DNA from: Auanema rhodensis
Lineage: Eukaryota; Animalia; Nematoda
Length of the DNA stretch: 64,000 nt
Direction: 5' to 3'
NCBI GenBank assembly: GCA_964057225.1
Contig: OZ059894.1
Span: 14,880,001 to 14,944,000 of the forward strand
The position numbers and the translations under genes are program-made. Shown here one piece after another: positions 1 through 13,608 of the stretch (within the stretch, counting starts at the first letter, position 1; each line of letters opens with the position of its first letter). A model generated the notes under the pieces. It was not told where the DNA came from. It was given only the letters and a program-made list of their open reading frames with translations, and searched no databases.

Positions 1-1344
1 ATACATATACATAGTATATAAATTCATCTAAAAGGATATTTAAAGCTTAACCTATTCAAGCATATAATCTTAAAGCATTTTATGATTTTAAGATTAAGAT
101 TCAGACTGAATGATCATAAAGCTGTATAGTTTAAACGTTCAGGTTTCTGTTGTTACGTTCTAAAACACAACCACAACACATCGAAAAGTTTTTATTTCAA
201 AATCATTCACTCGAAATCTAAGTTTGAACTTCTGTTTCTTTTTCCGAAACTACTTATGTATATTCTTTATTCATTTTTCATATTTAAATGATTTTATTCA
301 TTTTTTATTTTATAAAACCAACTATTAGAAGTCACTCAATTAGTTATAAGTGAACTTATTATTTCTTCATTTCTTGATTTTTCATCTTTTTTTTTGTTTT
401 AAAAATACAAAAATGTATATTATTAAATAATAATTAATTTAAATCGTTATTCGTGTATATAAACGTGTCTTTCAAGATGTGAATCATTTTATTTGCTCAC
501 AATTGCTTTTCCGGATACAAATTGACAATGATTGTTAGGATAACATTCATTGCTTTCATTTGATTCTCTTTTCTACCTTATATTTCATCTTGATTTGTAC
601 TTTTTTTTTGTCAAATAATTGTCAACTATTTATATCTTTAACCCTTCAAATTGTTTAATTCTGGCTTTCAATATGAGAACGAAAAGTATAAAAAGCATGT
701 CTCGTGTATAGTATTCGTAAAGATTTGGACAAATTTCAATTGAATAATGATATTTACCTATCACCTATAAATATTTCTGCTGAAATTTATTTTTCTTCTT
801 CATAAATTTTTCGAAAAAAAAATTTCTTTCATTCCTTTTATTTGAAAAAAAAAAGAAAAAATGAACTATGTATCTATACTTTGAATAATGTTTTAAAGGA
901 TGAACAAGATCAATGTTAACTAGATTGATGATGAGAAAAAAAAGAGAAAAGTTTACTTGATGTTATAATAAAAAAAGAAAAAAGAAACATAAACTATGAC
1001 TAATACTTACCATATAATTATATTTGAAATATAAACAACATTCACTATTTCTATATTTAGTCATCAAAGTATTTGTTGTTGTTGTTGTTGTTTTTTTCTT
1101 ATATTTACGCAGAAGTAGGTAAAAAAAAATCTAAGAATGAAGAGAAAGTGAAGGAAACATTATCATCTTCATGTCTAATAACAGCTGCATTTCGTATAAT
1201 TTCTCTTAGTTATGAAGGATTTTCTGCTTGCTCAACATATTACAACCTTTCAAAGAGCTACAATGAGATTATACATCTGTTAAAATGAATATATTTTATC
1301 TTATGATTTTTCTTTTGATTTCGAAATTCATTTTATCTTCCATT

Positions 1345-1347
<3 letters not shown>

Positions 1348-1401
<54 letters not shown>
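1348..1401. repeat. (CT)n microsatellite
   Basis: Direct reading; similar tracts at ~2758-2800, ~31299-31337 and ~31997-32027. Confidence 0.95.
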
Positions 1402-1404
<3 letters not shown>

Positions 1405-2306
1405 ATTTCGTTAGGCCTGTTCTCCATCACGCAACCTTCAAAGCTGTACCCTCAATTCAATCAAACATCAGTTAGACCTCGTTCATCTCGTCGTCCTTTA
1501 ACTATTCTCTAGGACATTTTCAAGATAACTTTTAATATTCGTTCTAAAAATTATCATTCTAGTTATAGAAAATACATTTATAGCTAGGTTATGACAAACT
1601 ACAAACAAAATCAACACTACTTATTTGAAATTCATGTATGTATAAGGAAATTTCTATTTTCTTGAAATGTTTTTGAATTTTTGTCAAAAACATTTCATAA
1701 CCTCTCCTCTTAAAATGAGAAAAATTCTTTAAAAGATGTGCATTCCTACTTCTGCTTTTCACTCGTACTTCTTCAAATCAATCTAATAATTCGTATAAGT
1801 AAAGCAAATATCTATTATGAGTATTGAATATCTTTATATTTCATTCTAATATTAATATTCATATATCTTTTCAAATACATATAACTATATAGAAAATCTC
1901 ATTTATTTTCTTCTTTTTGTTTTTTTTCTTCAAAATGTTTATTTTTCTCACTGAAACTTGTCGCTTAGCAACTGAATACTTAAAGATATGATGTGAAACC
2001 CTTTATTGCACATGCCTTCAAACAATGTTTTCATTCCAATTTTTCAAAATATTTCCCAGTTTCAACTGTCAAATAAATGTTTTTTTCTAAATTTGATGTA
2101 GAGATGAATAGGCTTCTAACAATGCTTATGTATAATTTACTAAGTTTTCAGCTTTATTACTACTCAAAAATAATTTTTACAGAATATGAGGTGGATTAAC
2201 ATAGAATAATATGTATATTATATATATATACATATGTGTGTGTGTATACATACATATAAATGAAAAACAATCTGTCATATATAAAAAGTTAGTAGAGAAT
2301 TTGAAA

Positions 2307-2367
2307 GAGAGAGAGAGAGAGAGAAAAAGAGAGAGAGAGAGGAAGAGGGAAAGAGAGAGAGAGAGAG

Positions 2368-2416
<49 letters not shown>
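2307..2416. repeat. (GA)n microsatellite, interrupted
   Basis: Direct reading; similar tract at ~29011-29067. Confidence 0.95.
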
Positions 2417-2419
<3 letters not shown>

Positions 2420-2752
2420 TGAAGCCAAACAGGAAAATGTTATAAATGAGAACTCATTTTCAATATAAAGATAGTAAAAGAAACTGACTAACTCATGTAC
2501 TACTATACTTTTACATATTTCTTCTAATCTTTTACCAGTTTTAAAATAAATATATTAACATAGATATTAATTATATTATATTATAGATATATAAATTAAT
2601 TTATATAATTCTTTATTGGTTAATTAAAATCAATATATCCGTATAATTAGCTATAACTAATTTTATGCATTAATGTATATCGAAATTTTTAGTTATTATT
2701 TGTCATTCTTCACTACTAAATATTTCATATTCCTTCTATTTCTCCCTAACAC

Positions 2753-2802
<50 letters not shown>

Positions 2803-3906
2803 TCCACTCTTTTTTATTTATGCATAGTATACTACTGTTATTATTTTTTTTTTGATATTTTCGTTTTTTTCTGAATTCTTCTAAAAAAAGTTTCCTCGTT
2901 TGTAATTAAATATTAGAACTTACTTTTCTATGTATCTATATACTTTTTATTTATATTTATGTATTTCATATTTTTAATCCAAAATTATTTAAAATTTTTA
3001 TGATTTACTCAACATTTTAGTGTTTTTTCTTGAATTTTGTTTCCAGAACTATAAATATTACACATAATATCATATGATTATAGTTAAAAATAACCACTTT
3101 ATCTATATCATAGTAACATTAATAAAAAAGAAAAATATATAAAATAGATTTATTGCCAGCTTAATTATATATTTTATGTACTTTACTTGTAAAATATTAT
3201 GTATTTCATTTATGAAAAGCTGTTTATTAATCTAAAATGTACTTCTATTCTACAAATTATCCAAATGAAGCCATATTTCATTGTTGAATTCTGATTAAAA
3301 ATGCTTATTGTTATCTACTATTTGAGGTTAAATTTTTTTTGATTTCAAGAAAAGCCAAAAAAAAAGATTTTTTTTTAATTTCAAATTCCCTACCCATCAT
3401 CAATACATTATTTCAATTTCATTTGATTTTCAGATTGAAGGCTTTTAGTAGTTTTCTTGTTTTAAAAAATCTTATAATTCTCAAAAAGTTACATGTTTTA
3501 TCCAATTTTTAAATTTTTTTAACAAAAGATATTCTTGTATATTTCTTTTTTTATTCAAATACATATGTATTGATGTATTTATGCATTTTTTCATATTTAT
3601 ATTTAAAGATCATTCAAAATATCTATTAGTTTTCATTTTTCCGAAGTATTCTTTAGTAGAAATGTTTTTTTAAAGAATGATAAAAAAGAATGTAGCGTAT
3701 ATGATGAGCTACATCAATTACAAAAAAAAGAGCAAAAAAGAGGGGAAAAAGATGGAACAAGTTACACACCTAATATATAATTTGAAGATATTTCAATTAA
3801 ATTGTTTTTTTTGTGTTTGTTTTGTTTATTTTTTACTATTTTACTTAAATATTCGTTAACAACTTTGTTTTCTTTTATAACTTTAGATTTAGATTTCAAT
3901 AAGAAT

Positions 3907-5743
3907 ATGGGAAGTTTGTTAACAGCAAAGATAGATGAAAGTAGTTATGATGATTTTATCATAAAAGTAAAAATATTTTTATAATAAATATATATTTATA
4001 ATATATTTTATTTAGAAATCTAGACATTTATCTCGTAATGATTTGATTTGTGTTCTAATTACAATAACTATAGTTGGATTATTCTTAAAAATAATGATTG
4101 AAAATCGTCAAATTATAGATTATGATAGGTTAATTATGACAAATATATTAAAATAATTATATAATTATAGAAAATTAGATTCACAGCTATCACAATATGT
4201 GTATGTATCACCTAAAGCTCAAAAACTTCCAACAAAGGGACAGCTATTCTGTTGGGTACAAACAGCAAAAATGTATCATGATACAAGGGTATATTTATAT
4301 TTTAAAATTAAATATTATTTTAAAAATATATAAAGTTTAATATAAAATTCATTCAATGCTTTTATAGAAAATTTTAAAACTTTTTTTCTTCAATCAATTA
4401 ATCATTGTTATCATTTTTTTTTCAAAATAATTAATGTTTGCTAATAAAAACTTGCATGACATGTAATATTAAAAATATATAATTTAAGGCGTTAGCTGTT
4501 AATGAAACTTGGTTAAAACGTTGTGATCATGGACAATTCTTTACTAGTGATTTCTTTGCTCAATTGGATATCCCATATTCTACAGTTTTTGCAGGTTAAT
4601 ATTAATTTTTATTATTATACAAAAATAAAATAGACCTTTAATATCTAAATGAGAGAGAGAGAAGAGATAGAGAATGAATGAACTTATACCAATAATGTTG
4701 CGGATTGAATCTAGTACGAGGAGAGATAATCCAGCACAAGTGAACGTTGGTGTTAAACTGTCCTGAATGTGATGAACAGATTACGGGTGGTTCTAGGTTG
4801 ATACCTGTCAGTACTGAGACGGATGAAATTCTGTGTATGAGGTTGCCAGATGATTGAGATGAGTACAATATTGAAAAAGAAAAAGAATACTGAGAGGTTG
4901 ATCAAATTTTATTTCAGAATATAAAATATAAAAAAATAAATTTCAATTATTAAATTAAAAATAAATATTATAGGAATACCTGAATCTTATTATAATTTAT
5001 TTTATAAAAGTCGATATGCTTTTCATTATATCTGGAATTATATCTCAAAAGATTTTGATTGGTATATGAAAGTATGTTTATACATATTTGTATATTTAAC
5101 TATTTATTTTATTAATTTTTAGGCTGATGATGATACATATGTTATAGTTGAACATTTAAAAGAATATTTAGATACTTTGGATCCAAATAAACCATACTAC
5201 TTGGGTTATATACTTCGACCATACTTGGTATATCGTTTTGTATTTTTTCATATTTGATGTGACGTTTATAGAAAAATGGTTATAATGCTGGTGGAGCAGG
5301 TTATGTGCTATCAAGAGAAGCTGTTCGTCTTTATAATGAATTTCTTTATCTTAATGAAAGTCTTTGTCCTGATGATATCTATGAAGATGTAGGAATAGGA
5401 AGGTAATTTTATTAATTTTATTCTTTCGTTATTTTTCTTTTTAGATGTCTTTCAAATCTTGGAATATATCCACATGATACTCGTAATTCTAATCAACAAA
5501 ATCGTTTCAATACTTATCATCCAACTGAAGTATTTTATGGTTCTAAAAATAATCCAAAATATACATGGTTTCCTGAAGCAAAGGTAATTTTGTTTGAATT
5601 TTGATTGATTGTTATCAATTTTTAAATATAATTTTCAGGGTTACAATGCTTTTGCTAATGATATGATTTCATTTCATCATTTAACTCCAGATGAAATTCG
5701 ATTATTTGATATTTTACTTTATAGGACAAACAATAATCGATAA
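3907..5743 (+). CDS. Core-1 beta-1,3-galactosyltransferase (C1GALT1/T-synthase)-like, GT31 family, type II membrane protein
   Basis: Nine GT-AG exons splice in frame from ATG 3907 (MGSLLTAK...) through a TM segment (LICVLITITIVGLFL) to family motifs LFCWVQT, TWLKRCD, FDWYMKADDDTY (DxD), YNAGGAGYVLS, EDVGIGRCL, ISFHHL; TAA at 5741-5743. Confidence 0.93.
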
Positions 5744-6532
5744 TACAGTATATCACATTAAAATTAGAAACTACATAGAAGCTGCTATGTTGATCTCAAT
5801 GAAAAGCCGTTTCTCTTACTAACGGGTTCTCAAATTGCCACTGAGTTTATGATGATTGTGATGATTTTTCTTGTCATTATTTGTATTTATTTTCTTAAAT
5901 TTTGAATAATTTTACAAGAAAAATAAACATTTATGTAATTTATTATTATTATTCTGATTGATATGACGATTTATTACAGATTTTTTCGTGAAAAAATGAA
6001 CAAAAGAAAATACAATCTGTATAAATTCGGTGAAAAAGAAGGAAGAGGAAGGGAAGAAAGAAAAAAGAAAAAAAAACAAACGAATATAAAAATGCTTAAT
6101 ATGGAGTGATTTGTCGAAAGGTTTCATGTTTTTCAAACTGATCAAACATAAAGTATCTAACTGACTTTATATATTTTTATATATAAATATATTTATATAT
6201 ATGAATATAGTTATGTATGTATAAAATTATAAATATATTTCTTTGCAAATGTGTTTGTAAGTCACTAAGGGTACCAGTTAAACGGAGAAATTTTGAGATG
6301 TAAAGGAAACTTGACAAAAAAAAACTTTTTTTCCAAATTAAGAAAAACCTAGCGTGAATTATAAGGAAAAAAAGAGACGTGAGAAAATAAAATAATAAGC
6401 ACATGAAATTACGGGATTGGGAAGCAATCTTTACGAATAAAAATATCTAAAAATTGGAAAGAAATAACATGCGAGGAATGAATACCAGAGCTTATGTGGC
6501 TAGATGACGTAACGAGAAAATGGACGAATTGC

Positions 6533-6533
<1 letters not shown>

Positions 6534-6565
<32 letters not shown>
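6534..6565. repeat. (TGA)n trinucleotide repeat in the presumptive fos-1 3' UTR
   Basis: About ten perfect units read directly. Confidence 0.9.
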
Positions 6566-7022
6566 CCACAACTAAGAGTCGGTCAGAATAGTATAGCTGA
6601 GGGACTGAATGACGACAACGAGGATCACATTAAGAATGAGTAGTAAATCAATTTTTAAAATTATATAAAATAAAATAAACAATTGGATATGATACTTTGA
6701 TTATAAAAATACAAAAAATTGAATAAAAATTAAAATGTATTTAATGGATGAACCGGTGTTCTGATAGATACTAAGGCCTGCTTTTCTGGGAATCTTCATA
6801 AGCTACAAGAAGTTTATGTAGAAGAGAAGATAGAATTATGAAGGTAAATTCAATCAAAGACTTTGGTTTGAATTCTGGCTGAGCGGATGGGATGTGTGCT
6901 CAGGTTATGCATTTTACATAAAAATACATTTGAATCAGAAGATATGAAGGATTTTAAAAGCCAATTGTGGTAGATGATAATATGACGATAAGCATTAGCC
7001 TAAGGTTCCAAAACTAAAACCT

Positions 7023-9899
7023 TCATAAGGGATGAAGTTCAGATGCACTTGTTGGAAGTGATGTTGGCGTCTGGGGAACAAATCCGACGTTTGGAGCAGC
7101 TGAAGGTGTTAAGCCTGTTGGCTGATTAAGGAAGTAGTTTTCTAAAAAAGAATTAGATTACTATTAATTCATAAAAGTATTGTTATCACCTCCGCCAGGG
7201 AATGCATTGAAAGATAGATTTGTAAAGGTTGCAGGATGGCTCAGGTTACTAGGAGTACTGAGCGTTCCAGCGTTAGAAGACGTTGGTACTGTATGCATTC
7301 CGAGTTGATAAGGCCGTTTAGGTATATTTTCGTCCATTTGATTGATCCCAGCAAGAATAGGATCGGAGTCCAATTTTGTAGGTTTCTCATCAGGTTCAAG
7401 AAGAGTGATGTCGGATTCCGGTGGTCCGTGTGAGATTGGTCGTCGTTGGATAACGTGTTCCATTCCTCTGGGTTGATAATCATTTGCCATAGGAATGTTC
7501 CGATCTAGAAGTCAAAAAGTTATAGATCGAAATAAATAAATTTCAAACCTTCAGTTCTCATAGAACAATTTGAAATGAGAAAGTTATGATCAAGAATACT
7601 ACTGAGTTTAATCTTAATCTCAGCAGGCAATTCATAGGTCTTAAACAGCGTAGCGATATCCGAAACTTTTTGGCGATAAATTCGAATTTCATCCTCCTTC
7701 TTTCTATTCTGATCTGATAGCTTATCAACAGTTTCCTGCAGATTTCCCATCAGATCTAAGCGACGTTGCCGACATCTAGCAGCCGCTTCCTTATTCCGTT
7801 GACGTCTTTTAAGCTTCTTTTCCATTTCATCTGGATCATCATCTTGGTAACTCTGCAAAGAATATCATGAATGTACAAATTGTTTCTCGTTTTTTTCGTT
7901 TTCATATATCGTTCTTTCGCCTGCTCGTCTTCATGTATTTACATTCGTCTCATGACTCATTCCTCAATACATTTAAAGCTTCTTTTTCTTTACTTATCAT
8001 TCAATAATACAGTATATTCAATTAAGAAAATCATTTGAAATATGATTGTTTTCCAAAATATATAGATAAAAGCTTACAAAGAACGATGTTTGTAATCTTT
8101 TTCATTAGCAACTCAATGGCTATTGTTTGTCTTATTTTTTGATTTCTTTCTATATATGATCTACTTCAAAACGCTTCGTATGGGCTTTCTTAGTTCTACA
8201 CACCCACACCTATTTGAGCATGTTGAGCCTGATGATATTTCGAAGACGTTGTCTTGACACAAACCCACGCATATTCTATCTCTCTTTTCTTTGTGTCATT
8301 GATGTGCAATGATTGTCAAAATGGCTATTCTCATAACTTTCTGGCTTCTGTACTCGTGCTGTCGTCGTGCTTGCTGAACACAATCAGAAGCTCTCGAGTT
8401 ACCGTTAATCCCTCTCCAGCATTCACTTCAAATGACCGTTATGTTCCTATCTTACACTCGTTTTGTGTCTCCACTATTCTTCAATATGGACTTGTAATGT
8501 TAGTCTTCTGAATAGATTTGAAGTCTAGGAATGAAGACGATAACGCGTTGAACTGGAAGTTCTCTGACGCATCAAGCAATCGTCGTCATAACGTCGTGCC
8601 TGTTGCTATTGCTATGGCAGTTGTTGTCAAAAAATCAGAAGAATTTTAGCTGATTTGAATTGTTGACGTTATTATCTAGATGGTTTCTAACAAGATGTTC
8701 AACATAACCCTTTTTTGACGAATAAATTGAAATAAACAAGAAAACATTAAAAAAAAGAGGAAAAACTATTATTGAGTGGGCGAATAATGGCAATACAGTA
8801 TCATCTATGATTTTAAAAGAAGAAGTAGATATTCTAAAAGCTTAATAAAAACGCATTTTCATATATTTTTATTCTAACAAACTGAACTTCTTTATGTCTT
8901 TTCTCATTCACAAACTACTTTCTCTCTTTTTCTCTCTCTCTATCTGTCTCTCCTTCTCTCTCTCTCTCTAACCCTATTTCTCTCTCTCCTATTATCATAA
9001 CAGCTCCATTTTTACTCTTCCTTTTTATCACAGTATCTCTTTTCTTTTCTCTTCTAAAACGTTAAGGAATGAAAATGAAATAGAAGGAAATACTAGAGTA
9101 CTGTGATGTCTGTATATGCATGAGTCATCTTGAAGGTGAAGAATTCAAATAAAACCAACGAACAAGCAAAAACCTTATTCTTTCTATGTTTTCCATGTAT
9201 ATAATATATAGTTTTTAGTTTTTGACTGTGTTTCTGTCTTAATTAGAACATCAACATCTTCTAATCAACTGTAAGAATACTCTAACCTTCATTCAAAAGT
9301 AGCATTCCCTAACGAATTTGGACATAAATAAGAATAATTGAAAACTTACTCCAGTTTCGTGATCACGAGGCTTTCTGCCTGTTCGAGCTCCTGATCTTGG
9401 CAATCCAGTCATTTGGTTAGTTCCTCCGGTATTACTTGGACAATCGTACTGCAAGTTTCGTTGAAACCGTGAAGGAGGCTGTTGAATCGGTGTCAAACTG
9501 TTGGCTAAAAATAAAAAAGATAATAAATAAAAAAGAAAATAAAGAAATATTACCTAAAGCTGTATGCTGAATTATAGGTGAAGCTATCTGACTTGTTATC
9601 TGGGCAGGTGAGCAGCTGGAATCAGTTGATGATGGATGCTGGAACTGAAAAAGAAACCGTTAGAAAAATTACTGATAAGATATGATGGGGTGAGAAAGAA
9701 GGGATGGGGGAGTAGGTTTTTTTTACAATTTTCATATCAGATTATAATGAAAATATTGTAATTTTAATAAGGATTTTACTTGATTTACCACTGAATGTGC
9801 TTGTTGATAGTCTTGGTTCATTACATTATCATAGGTACAACTTGATTGTGGATGTGCAGGAAAATCATGACCATAGTGATAATGTTGCTGTTGCGACAT
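7023..9899 (-). CDS. fos-1: fos-1 short isoform using a proximal first exon (9899-9780)
   Basis: ATG 9899 opens MSQQQHYHYGHDFPAHPQSSCTYDNVMNQDYQQAHSVVNQ, ending at a phase-0 GT donor compatible with the phase-0 acceptor of the shared exon at 9644. GC-richer promoter-like sequence lies at ~10.2-10.8 kb. Confidence 0.8.
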
Positions 9900-11458
9900 C
9901 GTGGAAGACGTCACGAAATTCTTGAATGTCAAGTCAAATAGTTAGAATTATAACCAATATAAATAACTAATGAAGAATCCATCAAAGAAAAAAATAGAAG
10001 AAGATTTAGAGAATAATAGATGAGTTGACCATCAAAAGTAAAATATTTAGTTAGTCCAAACTTTTAATAGTTGTCAAATGGTCGGGCTTCTTTTCTGTAT
10101 GCAGGGCACTTTTTTTGTAAATTGTATTACAAGTTCAGAGCTTAGTGAAGTCGAATCTCTGGTGCTGTCAAGGGTACGTTTGTTGTCACCTCTTTCCTTC
10201 AGACATAAGTCTCAATACAGATAGAGACTCTGTTGGAATCTATGTCGATGATTCATAGATATGTTAGGAGAGGGGGGGGGGCAGCAGGACCGGCTTGCTT
10301 CTATCTCGGAGGGGGGGTTTGTTTCTCTGTCTCTTTTCGGTTCGCTTTCTCGCCCGACCATCTCTCTTTTAGTCGACCATGTGTACACTATCTAGATTTC
10401 TCTGATTGCCTATAATCTCCTGTATCTTTAAAGTATATCATCTATTCGGGTAGTTTGACTGTATGCGCGTGTGTGTATGTGTAGATGGGGGGGGGGGGAG
10501 GTGTGTGTGTTTGGCTTGCCGTGATGTAGAAAATGTGTATGTGTGTAAAATAGAGAACGCCTGGCTCAAGAGTTTGATAGGAATCGCAACACAGCAGACA
10601 GTCACAGAAATTCGAAAATAGAATGATGCACGAAGAGAGATAACAAGAGAGCGATGAGTCATACCAAGAGGTGTATGTTTGTGATGTGTGTATGTCAATT
10701 CACTCAATTAACGCCTGAGGATATATGGATAGCATAACGCTAAAGATCGTTGCGAGATCAGATGAGCCATATGATCTACGTTTCACATTGGCATCATCAC
10801 AAGAAGCTTTAGAGTATAATTTTGAAATGTCAGTCAGGTATTTGCACTCGATTTTCTTGCACTTAGACACGCTCTCTAAAGAAAAATGATGTCATGTCAA
10901 TAGTTAAAAAAAGAAAACAAAAATCAGAAGAAAATAGGCTTAAGAGCAAAATAAAAGTTTGAAGGAGTGTATAGTATTACATGAAATATGAAGTAGTATT
11001 GTGCAACGATGATAATATTATGAATGAAATGGTCGTGAACCATCGTTTTTCACCAAAAATACTGATAAGATTGCTAACTTTGAAGAGCAAGTCCCGCCCA
11101 TGTTTAAGTAATTTTAGGGAATAACTTAAATACACAAATGATCATCGTTACCTCTATATTATACTTATTACAAATTGTATATGTTTCTTTTATTCTCTTC
11201 ATTTACTAATTTGCAAAAGAAAAAAGTGCATAAAAGGAATGGATGGGGAAGTATCCAACAGCAGGAACCAAAAAGAAAATTTTTTTTTCTATCAAAAAGT
11301 ACGTTCCCATGATGGCTGAGGCTGAAGGCTTGGCTGTGGCCTTTGCATGTTTCACCTAGTGAAGACGGTAGGAATATGTTTTGTGAATGACGTCATCATC
11401 TACCGATGCTGTATGCCATTCCAATGAATAGCCTGAGGCAGTTGTTTCGAACATATAT

Positions 11459-11490
<32 letters not shown>

Positions 11491-13608
11491 GTATGTATAT
11501 ATGTAGAGAGAGAGAGGGAGAGAGGGAGAGAGAGATATATAGAGGGGTAATGTTTTGAAAAGATGATTGAAAGAAAGCAGAGAAACAAAAACTGTTCACG
11601 AGCTCTTAGGCGAGGAAAACGATACGAAACTGATAATGTGATTGAGTACAGTAGAATACAAGGGGAACAAGTTGTAAAAGGATTATAAATTACATACTGT
11701 AATATGCATATTGTATTTTAATATATAATATTGCAACCAAATCCTAATTGTGATAGATTTTAACTTAATTAATTGTCATCATTTTTCACAATGTCATATG
11801 GTATTCTCATGAAATAGTTTATGAGCATACGGTATTTGAGAAAAAAAAATTCTTTTTCTTCAAAAAAATAATGCCTATATATATACATATATGAGTGAAA
11901 TAAGAGCTAGCCATTATCCATTTATTTAGTCTTTTATGTAAATAAACTTAGTATAAATTCTCCATAAAGGTGCTAACAAACATGTATCTATCTGTCCGTA
12001 AAGGAACAATCAAAGTTATGGATTAATCTATGTCATCCATCAGGCGGCATAAAGAGTTTCAGAGCACATCTAATAACATGATCAAACAAATGAAATCTCA
12101 ATTGTCTAACTAAGAGAAAGAGATAGTTGTCACGTATTTCTTGTTAAAAAAAGAAGAAGAAGAAGATTTTTGTCATTGTTTAAATATAATTTTTCATTGC
12201 AGGTGGTGATTGCTAAGAAAATGATGGGAGACAGAGAGAGAGAGAGAGAGGGAATATTTGAATAAATATCATTACAAAAATATTTTTTCTTAAATAGTCT
12301 TCAATGAGAAAAACGTTTTCAATTTCGTAACTTTTTGAAATTGAAATCACCAAGTTGGCTAGAAAGAAAATCGATGTTGTACGTTAGAATTGAGCTAAAC
12401 ACAAAAAAAATGAAAAAGCAGTTCACGTGAATAACGTGAGACAATTAAAATTTATTTTTTCAGTATTGTCTTTCAAACGATCGGTTGTTCAATATGTTTT
12501 TAGTTATAATTTCAAAATATAAAGAATTATAATTATTACAGTAATCAAGTATAATATTACCATTTTTTTTCCATTTTTTCGTATATTTTTGGGGGAAAAA
12601 ATGTAATTTTCTTAAATAAAAATGATTTTATTTTAATTTTATATTCATTTGATCAATCGAACTGTATTACATCAGTCAATCACAAACTTCAACTACATTG
12701 GAAAGGCACTTAGGGAAATGTCGGCTTTTGTATTTGTGAAAAGAAAAAAAAAGGTTACACCTGATGAGGCATTTTCAGTCAAAAAAATACAAGAGAAATT
12801 ATGCAACAGAAAATCAGAGAACAAACTAACTAATAGTGTTATCTATGTAATATGAGTGTGAGTATATATTTGTCATTGATGATAGCAAAGGAAAAAAAAG
12901 CATTGATATAATATAACCTGATAAGCTGTCAGATGTTCAGCTACTTTGCGTGAAAAATTGGCAAGAGAGGACAAAGTCCTTAAACGGAATTTAACAGCTG
13001 TGTGACCTGGTATGAAGAGTCTGTGTTGAGAAGATCGGCAGTTTCAGAAGAGAATACAAAACTATAGATTGGCCATTGGATGAAGAAGAAAATAAGAAAA
13101 AAAAAGTTGGGATTGAAAATGGCCAAGCAATGGTTTGCGCAATTCTTGAAACAGATGTGTAGAAATATGGCCAAGCATGATAGAAATACCCAGCATAGAA
13201 TGAGATAAGCATTGTCAAGTATTTACAGTTTAGAAATAAAGTATTGTCTCAAGCACTATGACCGTTAGGTTCGTTTTATCACGTATATTATCTGAGTTTT
13301 TAAATTAAACTTACAAAATTCCATTCGTGTGCTCCAAATAGAAATGGAAACTGCACCGGCTGATAATGCTGATAACTGGGTGCTGTAGAGCACAGAGGAT
13401 AATTAGCATAGCCATCTGATGATGTTGTGCTAATGGTTCCGTCAACGCCAGGTTCAGATGAACGGACAATGACAGCAGTAGGTGTTGGTGTCACTGATTG
13501 TTGCTGACTGGATGATTGGGACGGAAAGAATTGGACAAGATTCGCATTAGCTGTCGTTGCTCCGGCATTCAACGTAGGCACGTCAGAATTTGAATTGCTG
13601 ACGAACAT
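7023..13608 (-). CDS. fos-1: Fos-family bZIP transcription factor, long isoform (fos-1a-like)
   Basis: Exons 13608-13315, 9644-9554, 9504-9350, 7852-7549, 7504-7190, 7141-7023 join in frame. Basic region KLKRRQRNKEAAARCRQRRLDLM, upstream GRKP, C-terminal TGLTPS...ELHPL*, and first exon MF...PTAVIV...PFLFG all match C. elegans FOS-1A as I recall it. Confidence 0.92.
11387..11396. promoter_or_regulatory. Perfect CRE palindrome ATGACGTCAT upstream of the proximal fos-1 first exon
   Basis: Exact palindrome. Further TGACGTCA copies at 21359, 22517, 32563, 40132. Function is inferred. Confidence 0.55.

Noticed and set aside
1285-2855. ORFs rich in SLSLSL (also HTHT/VCVC/YIYI ORFs at 11.4, 27.9-28.2 and 28.9 kb)
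   Set aside because: Translations of (CT)n, (CA)n and (TA)n microsatellites; no splice or domain support.
5791-5798. TGATCTCA, a miR-58/80 (bantam) family seed match in the galactosyltransferase 3' UTR
   Set aside because: A single 8-mer with no conservation data; a chance match is plausible.
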